Shown here in pieces: positions 56,161 to 64,000 of a stretch of 64,000 nucleotides of DNA. Below the pieces are notes generated by a model that saw only the letters and a program-made list of their open reading frames with translations, did no database searches and was not told the DNA's origin. The stretch's first letter is position 1. Each line of letters opens with the position of its first letter. Position numbers and translations under genes: made by a program. Source of the DNA: Paraspadella gotoi (taxonomy: Eukaryota; Animalia; Chaetognatha); assembly GCA_051294375.1 (NCBI GenBank), contig CM119264.1, positions 31,252,135 through 31,316,134 on the forward strand. Reading direction: 5' to 3'.

Positions 56161-56521
56161 AAAACAAGGAACGGTTAATTCAAATGTTTTGCGCCGCAGT
56201 GACTGCCTTATTACGTATTTTTCTCATGACATGACAGGACATGACATGACGTGATTTGACTACTATAACTTTCTTAGACCGTGTATTTATGACACGCACT
56301 GTATCGGAATTTCGTCTTTTATTCTTTATAGTTTTAGGATTTCCTGAAGGTGGCGCTTGCAGTCCTTTAACTATATGCAAGTTATGAGCATTTTTAACGT
56401 AAGTGGGACAGACCAACGGATCGACAGACCGACGGATCGACAGACCGAAAGACCGTCCGAACGACCGACCGAAAAGTGAGTTATGGAGTTGCTCCGCGAG
56501 TGCTCGCGGCGCAACTAAAAA
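56161..56521 (-). mobile_element. HINE-like family A, full copy
   Basis: Subterminal inverted repeats ttgcgccgc / gcggcgcaa; reverse complement of 5023-5375. Confidence 0.65.
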
Positions 56522-56733
56522 AGGTTGGATAATCTACATTTAGATGAAAGAAAGGATTGAAGTTGTTATGAGGTGGCAGCCGCAGTTTGGATATTGGAAA
56601 ACATTAGAAGGAAAACGGAAATTGAATTCATGGAAGCAAAGAAAATCAGAGTCTCTCTCTCGCTCTCTCGCTCTGGCTCTCTCTCTCCCTCTGGCTCTCT
56701 TTGGCTCTCCCGTCTTTGTTCCTCTTTCTCACG

Positions 56734-56779
<46 letters not shown>

Positions 56780-56842
56780 GGCTCTCTTTTTCTCTCTCTT
56801 TCTCTCTCTCTTTCTACTCACTCACATTCTCAATATCTAATA

Positions 56843-56935
56843 TCGTCTCCAAACCCAAAGGTCCGGGGTTCTCGCCCGGTAGTCGCCTTGCAGTTAAGAG
56901 CGACGGGGCGTTTATCCCGCCTGTAACACGGTGGC
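56843..56935 (+). mobile_element. Diverged partial solo LTR of the tRNA-containing TRIM family
   Basis: aacccaaaggtccggggttctcgcccggtagtcgccttgcagttaagagcgacggggcgtttatcccgcctgtaacacggtg aligns to 43895-43976. Confidence 0.8.
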
Positions 56936-57241
56936 CACTTTTTTCCATTGATGCCTTCTTACTCCGGCTCCTGATTAGCGGACAAAACTTGTACCTTTTG
57001 CTGCTCTTTTTCGCTATTTTTTGCTCTCACCGTTGCAACTGCTTCCTCAATCGTTCAAATTATCGTCGTCGTTTCTGTCGATCTCGATCCTGACCAATGA
57101 GTCACCCAGCAAGCCAGAATTTTGTTGTTGTAAAAGTAGCGTAGGGATTCGCTGCTCCGACAAACATCAAGGGGGCATCGAAGAGCATGTCGCCACGTTA
57201 TTTTTTCTCATTAAAAGTAAGTTCGGCCTTGGCAGAAATCG

Positions 57242-59290
57242 TTTTTAGTCGGATCTGCTTATCAGCAGATCCCGACTCGATCCCGACTCTAAAACTCACT
57301 TTTTCGGTCCGTCGTCCGCCCCCTCAATATTGTCGGGCACCAGCCACTTATATCATGTCAGAACATCGAATTATGATAAATTATGGCAAAAAAAATGATG
57401 TCCGTCCGTCTTCCGTCCGTCCCGTCCGTCCGTCCGTCCGTCCGTCCGTCGCGTCCGTCCGTCCGTCCGTCCGTCCGTCCGCTCCGTCCGTTCCCGTCCC
57501 GTCCGTCCGTCCGTCCGTCGTCCGTCCACCTTAGCAAAAAACTCCAATTACCCGTGATTGGATGGATGGATTGGTATGAAATTTTGTGTGTGGGTAGGAA
57601 ACTGTGTGATTGAGATGGATATGAAGTTTCGAGGGAATCGTGCGAGTGGAAATTGGTTTAAATGGAAAAACAAAAAAATATATTTCACTTATTTGAACGC
57701 CAATTGCTCATGAGTGGATAGTGCAATTGACTTGAAAATTTTGTATGATGGTAGGAAAGTGTTGGGTGATTGAGCGGATATAAAGTTTCGATGGAATCGG
57801 TGCGAGTGGAAATGAGTTAAAATGGAAAAAACAAAAGTCATATTTTACTTGAAGTATTTTTACTTAAATTTACTACATAATTATTTTGTTATTAAAAATT
57901 GGATAGATAAATCGAAATTGAATTTTGTGTGTGGGTTAGGAAAGTATGTAGATAAAGCTGGATAAAAATTTTTTGATGGAATCGTAGGAGTGGAAAACAG
58001 TTCAAATTAGAAAACCGAAAAGACACATTTATTTGAATTTTTTAAAGTTTCCTCTCTCTCTCTCTCTGATTGATTGATGATTGATTGATGATTGATTGAT
58101 TGATTGACCAAATTATGCTAATTGACCAAATTATTGCCAGTGACCAAATTCCTGCAAGTTAATCAAGTTTTGCAAGTTGACCAAATTATGCCTGTTGACC
58201 AAATTAGGCTAGTTTGATAAAATTATGCCAGTTAATCCAAATTATGCCGGTTGACCAAATTATCTTCAATTGATCAAATTATGTGAGTGACCAAATTATG
58301 TCAGGTTGACCAAATTATGTCAGTAGACCAAATTATGCTCAGTTAACACAAATTATGTCAGTTGACCAAATTATTGCAAGTTGATTAAATTATGCAAAGT
58401 TGACCAAGATCAGCTTTTACACTTAATTATCGATTTGACCTGGAATTTTGTATAGTGAGTAGAAAAGTGTGTGATTGAACAGGAAACCAAGTTTCGATGG
58501 AATCTTTTGAGTGGAAATGAGTTTAATGGAAAAAAACAAAAAAACCTGTTACACTAATTGATTATGCTTCTTTTTCCTTTTATATTAAATGTATATGCAG
58601 GATGTATTAATAAGTCAAATAATTAATCAGTTAATTAATCAATTAGTCAATTAATTAATCAATAATTTAATTATCAGTTCAATCAATCCGTCCATCCGTC
58701 CCACCTTAGCAAAAAGCTCCAATAACTCGTGATTGGCTGGTTTGGATTTTGAAATTGAAATTTTGTAGTGTGCTGGGTATGGCGGTAGGAAAGTGTGTGA
58801 TAAAGCTGGATATAAAGTTTCGACGGAATCGTTGTGAGTGGAAATGAAGTTTAAGTGGAAAAAACATAAGTCGCATTTACTAAAATCTTTTTTATTATTT
58901 TAACCAATAAGTACTCAATTAATCTAATTGGATGGATAGATTGAGTTCAAATTTTTTGTGTGGGTAGAAAATGTGTATCGATGCTGATATAAAGTTTCGG
59001 TGGAAACGTACGAGTGGAAATGAGTTTAAATGAAAAAAATATGAGTCACCATTTACTTGAATATTTTACTTATTTAACTACCCATAATAATTGAGATGAA
59101 ATTTTGTGAGCGGGTAGGAAAAGTGTGTGAAAAAGCTAGATATAAAGTTTTGACGGAATTGTGCCAGTGGAATAAGTTTAAATGAAAAAAAAAATAAGTC
59201 ACATTTACTTGAAGCAGAAAAAATGATACAAGATAAAAAAATCCTAAAAGCATAAGGATCGTCGGCAATTGCAAAGAAGAGAGAGAGAGA

Positions 59291-59330
<40 letters not shown>

Positions 59331-59997
59331 GAGAGAGAGAGAGAGCAGTAAAATGAGCATAAGGATCGTCCGCAATTTCAAAGAGAGAGAGGAGAGAGAG
59401 AGGAGAGAAAAGAGAGAGAGAGAGAGAGAGAGAGAAGAGAGAGAAGATAGAAAGAGAAGAGTCCGAGATAAAAATTAGCGAATAAAAAAGTTGTTATTTT
59501 ACTCACTTGAATAAAATACTTAAAATACTTACAAAAATACATAAAATTGATAAATTATTATTTCCGATAACAATGTTTAATCACATGCAATATATCTAGT
59601 AAGGCCTAATATCTAGTAAGGCGCGGCCAAATTGAACACTTTTTATAACTTCTAGTTCTCTTTAAATTTTTTTTTCTTTTACTACTAAATCGATTTTCAA
59701 TATAACTTTTTGAATTAGTTCATTGGGTTGGTTGTGCACTGAAGCTTTTAAATATTCATTAATATATAATAATATATAAGTATTGACGGAATTGTGCCAG
59801 GGGAAATGAGATTAGATGGAAAAAACATAAGTCACATTTACTTGAATTCTTTAATATTAATGATTACTAATAAATGTTTTAATTAATAATAATTAATTAA
59901 TTAATTATATGTGAAAAATGATGCAAGTTAAAAAACATCTGAAAAGCATAAAGATCGTCGCCAATTGCAGAAAAAAAGAGAGAAAGAGAAGAGGGAG

Positions 59998-60032
<35 letters not shown>

Positions 60033-60268
60033 AAGAAGGAGACATAAAATAAAATAGAGAATATTTGTTTGTTTTTGATAAAATGTAAACAAAACATATT
60101 TAATAACTGTCCTAACCCAATTTTAAGGACATCGATGATGATAAGTTGAAATATAAATTTAAAATTAATTATTACATATTTAAAATTATTAATTAATTAA
60201 TATCGATTAATTAATTAATTAATTAATTATCGTAGGCAGATTCTGACATTGGTTGCTCAAACTTGGTT
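57242..60268 (+). mobile_element. HINE-like family B, expanded ~3-kb copy with amplified core repeats and a nested ~18-bp repeat (tgaccaaattatgccagt)n at 58104-58410
   Basis: Same 5' hairpin and 3' end as 42623-43445, with many gaaattttgtgtgtgggtaggaaagtgtgtga...gtggaaatgagtttaaatggaaaa units. Confidence 0.65.
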
Positions 60269-60379
60269 TAAAAAAGAAGTTCGTCCCGTTGTTAAACCAG
60301 AAATTGAAAAAAAGGCTGTCAGGTGTGGGTTTAATGCTTTGACGATAAGAGAAAAGATTACGATGAACACGAAAATTGT

Positions 60380-61140
60380 TCAAGACTGAATAAGATTAAA
60401 TAAGAAATAAAAATCGATAACTAATGAATACTGAAAATAATTAAGACATAAGAGATTGAATAAGGACTGAATAAGATTTAAGAAATAATGAATAAGATTG
60501 AATAAGACTGAATTGATAAGACTGAATAAGATTAAGAATAATGAATAAGATTGAATAAGGACTGAATGAATAAGACTGATAAGATTAAAGAAATAATAAT
60601 TGAATAAATGAATTGCAATAAGACTGATAATAAATGATAGATAAGAAGACTGAAGATAAACTGATAATTAAGAAATAATGAATAAAATTGATAAGACTGA
60701 ATTAATAAGACTGAATAAGATTTAAAGATACATGAATAAGATGAAATAAAGACTGAATTGAATAAGACTGAAATAATATTAAGAGTAATGAATAAGATTG
60801 AATAAGAGCTGAATGTGAATAAGACTGAATAAGTAATTAAGAATAATGAATTAGATTGAAGTAAAGACTGAATTGATAAGACTGAATAAGATTAAGAAGA
60901 TAGATGCAAATAAGATTGAATAAAAGACGAATTGAATAAGACTGAATAAGATTAGAGACGATAATGATAGATTGACATAAAGGACTGAATTGAATAAAGA
61001 CTGAATAAGTTAAGAGAAATGAATAAGATTAAGTAAGAGCGTGAATTGGAATAAAGCTGAATACAGATTAAGAGATTAATGGAATAAAATTGAATAAGAC
61101 TGAATTGAATAAGACTGAATAAAGATTAAGAGATACTGAA
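60380..61140. repeat. Degenerate AT-rich minisatellite (gaataagactgaataagattaagaaataatgaataagatt)n
   Basis: Direct reading. Confidence 0.88.
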
Positions 61141-62329
61141 TTATTTAGATTTAAAACTGTGTCGCCTCATCAGCCCAGAGAGACGACGTACAATGATTTT
61201 TAGAGGCACTATGTTATGGATAAATATTTCTACCACATATCATGAGATTAGTAGCGACAAAGCATAAAGATTATTCATTCAGTCAATAGGAATAAGCTAT
61301 CTTACCCTGACTTTGGACAGGACGTGTTATGGTGAGTAAACGACTCGCGTGCACATCACTGTAGTGCATTAATAAAGGTAGTTTTTCATACATTTTTCCC
61401 TATCATTATACTGTCATATTAAAAAAAAAAAAGCGAATAACAATTTGACAAAACAATACCGTATCTCCCACGATCATTAGCGTAATGAATTAAAAAATAC
61501 AGTAATTGTTTATTAATAAATAAATTAATAATGAGATCTAGCATTGTTTGCTCAATCTTGTTGCTTTTATTTTTTTTCACTTGACAACGACGAAAAAAAC
61601 GACAAGTGGTTGGCGGAGAGCGGCAAACGATTAGTTGATTGGTTGATTGATTGATAGATGGAATAATTAATGATTAAATTAATTAATTGATTAATTGAAT
61701 ATTATTGATCAATTATGTATCTTGCTTTTAATTTAAGTTTTGTTTTTATTTTTGTTTACGAATTAACGGTATCTCTAATATTTCGAGTAAAAATCCCAGC
61801 TTCCTACTTCCCGCGTTGCTCTTTTGCCTCTTTATTACTGACATCTGAAAAATGCTTTCCATTTCTAGCCCCGGATCGCACACGACGATCGTTAGGCTTT
61901 TCTTTTGTTTCTGCTTAAAGTACAGAATTCCGAAGGCGAGTGTACAGCTGGATTCTGATTGGTGCCGTGATTTCGATATTGCGATGAGATGTTTAATCGA
62001 ATGTCTAGGCACGTGGCATCTTCAGACAAAAGTTGTCACTGGGTTTTAGTTTCTTTTCAGAGCCATTAGAAACTCTTATTCAGATATCTCGGAATCTAAT
62101 TTTTTTTTTTGTGGTGATCGCTGGTTGGTGACTGTTTCTATGAAGAGAAGCATCTGCTTTTGGTTTATTATTGGCTTCAGAAAACAAGTAAGAAAGACAC
62201 TTTAAAATTTATATATATGCTGGAGTTTGTGATTAAATGTTGTTATTCTTTGCCCCCAGGGACTTCTAAAAGCAACAGATCAGGACTTATACAGACATTT
62301 TCGTCAAGTCCCTGGGCTTAGTGGACAGT

Positions 62330-64000
62330 CGTTCATTTCGGCCTTTTAGCCACGTCGTCTACTGAGACTTTTTGTCGTTCAGCATCTCCAGGGGCGTCTG
62401 GAAAGAACACTGCGCGCGATCGTCTCTTCTGCGCCATTTTATACCCAATTCCATCTGGTTTTGACAGCGCAGAATTTTAGTCCAGTCAGTTAGAATCAAG
62501 AACGCCACTTCTCCGAACCTTAGTTCAACATAGAAGTCTTCGTTTGCGGAACACCTGCTCAAGTGCTTCCGTCGAAGGCTCTTCTAATCCTCGCGGAGTT
62601 TGCGGACCTCCACCGGGTAAGGAAGATCAACCTGGCGTCGATCTTCTAAGGTGTCGAACGAGTCGACCGTTTCCATCAATCGAAGGCCCTTGCAACGCCT
62701 TCGACGGACGTAAGGATCCCGCGGCGCCTTTCGGACTGGCTTTCATTGCGATTAGGATCTCGGACTAGCGACGGACGCCGTTCGGGTAATTTTGGACACG
62801 TCGACGGGATTGTGCACGCCGCTCCTTCTCGAAACCTTGGCAGTGAGATTGAAGTCGGTTTCGACTTGTTTTATTTCTTCGTCTTTGCGTTAGTCGGCTG
62901 CACCGTATCTTTCGCGAAGCCTTCCTTCACTTCAACGCGTCAGTGTGCCATCGGCGGCGAACGAATAGGAACGGGGAAGATAAGCGCTGCCAGCAATCAA
63001 AAATACGATCGAGAAAGCTGAGTGCCGAAAGCCTTCAGGAACTCCCCTTTTCGGCGTCTTTGTGGACTTCGCCGCTCGTTCTTGTAAGACGAGATCAGTC
63101 GCGCTAGTGCGGGCGAAAAGAGGAGACAATCTGACGAACTTCAAGACGGCCCGGCTGATACCCTCTCCCAACTTAGCATCCGAGAATCGACAACCTTCTT
63201 CAACGGCGGACATGACTCTTTTTTCCCGACGAGTCGACCCTTCAGGAATCAACGTCTTCCTTCAAGAACCTCAACGGTCGACCAGGTTGGTCGCAGGCTC
63301 AAGCGATTTCGTACGATCGCGCCAAGGCCGCCCCGACGGAAGAAAACATCGCGTGAGGCCAACGCGATTAACTTCACTCAAGGCAACTTGTGAAATTCAT
63401 TCGTTCCACGATGAAAGACGGTATATGGAATGACGACGGCGTTGGAGGCTTTTGTCTGAGCTTCCTTCGATCGGTTCTCAGCAACATCCTCGGGCATTGC
63501 CTGTCAGCTCCAATTCGCTGGCCAATTCTATGGTCGACACTTGTTTCATCGGTTGAAAGCATAGGATCGACAGGACGCTCCGTATCCGCCGCAGCACGGA
63601 TGCGACGACGCAGAAGGAACGGAGAATACCCCAACTGTCCTTCAGCTGCAAACCATCCCCGACGACGACTACGCTTGCGTCCAACCCGACCATTATCGTC
63701 CCCTCCACGACTCTTGAAGATGACTTCGAATCGCAACGTCCGCTTCATTTTCCCGTTGACGCCGTTTCGGCGCTTGACGGATTGATTCCAGCGCACAAAA
63801 ACTATCGACACGAAGTGTGGGGTTGCGTTAGCCCAGGAGTTGCCAGCCGGCGTCTGGCGCTTTGCTCAGCATCGCAGCACGCCTGTTGCGGCATCTCAGG
63901 GACGGACGTCGCCAAGTAAAATCTGGATCGACGAAGAGACAGAGTCTTCAACAAACATCAATTTGTCGCCAACGAGAATTCAATGGTAGCTCGATTATGA
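62330..64000. other. GC-richer, exon-like region without a continuous ORF (possibly a large frameshifted exon in low-quality sequence)
   Basis: Base composition resembles the coding exons elsewhere in the window, but all six frames have only short ORFs and no recognisable motif. Confidence 0.3.

Overview
This is AT-rich, microsatellite-dense, intron-rich eukaryotic DNA, most likely from an invertebrate animal (inference), with three N-gaps and stretches that look like uncorrected long-read sequence, especially after ~51 kb. I reconstructed four spliced genes by hand: (1) the 5' two-thirds of DPYD on the minus strand (<134-7201); (2) head-to-head with it, a ~2,180-aa NEU1-type sialidase with an intact catalytic set, preceded by a ~1,800-aa low-complexity stalk with one hydrophobic segment (+, 8986-21056); (3) a divergent TMC-family channel (-, ~22043 to at least 34860); (4) a highly divergent SLC1/EAAT-fold transporter whose canonical substrate and Na+ motifs are replaced (-, 39840-46197). 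Mobile DNA includes a hAT-type MITE with an 8-bp TSD, HINE/DINE-1-like elements, tRNA-derived SINEs, a miniature LTR element with a tRNA-like cloverleaf in each LTR, Penelope-type hammerhead remnants, tRNA pseudogenes and an L1/Tx1-like fragment. The most striking window-wide pattern is that at least 11 of ~49 reconstructed introns carry tandem copies of their own splice site plus the adjacent exon edge, extending into the intron. Splice signals also look relaxed (many AAG acceptors, one probable GG donor), and DPYD intron positions appear mostly different from the human gene. All coordinates were counted by eye and no database searches were run.
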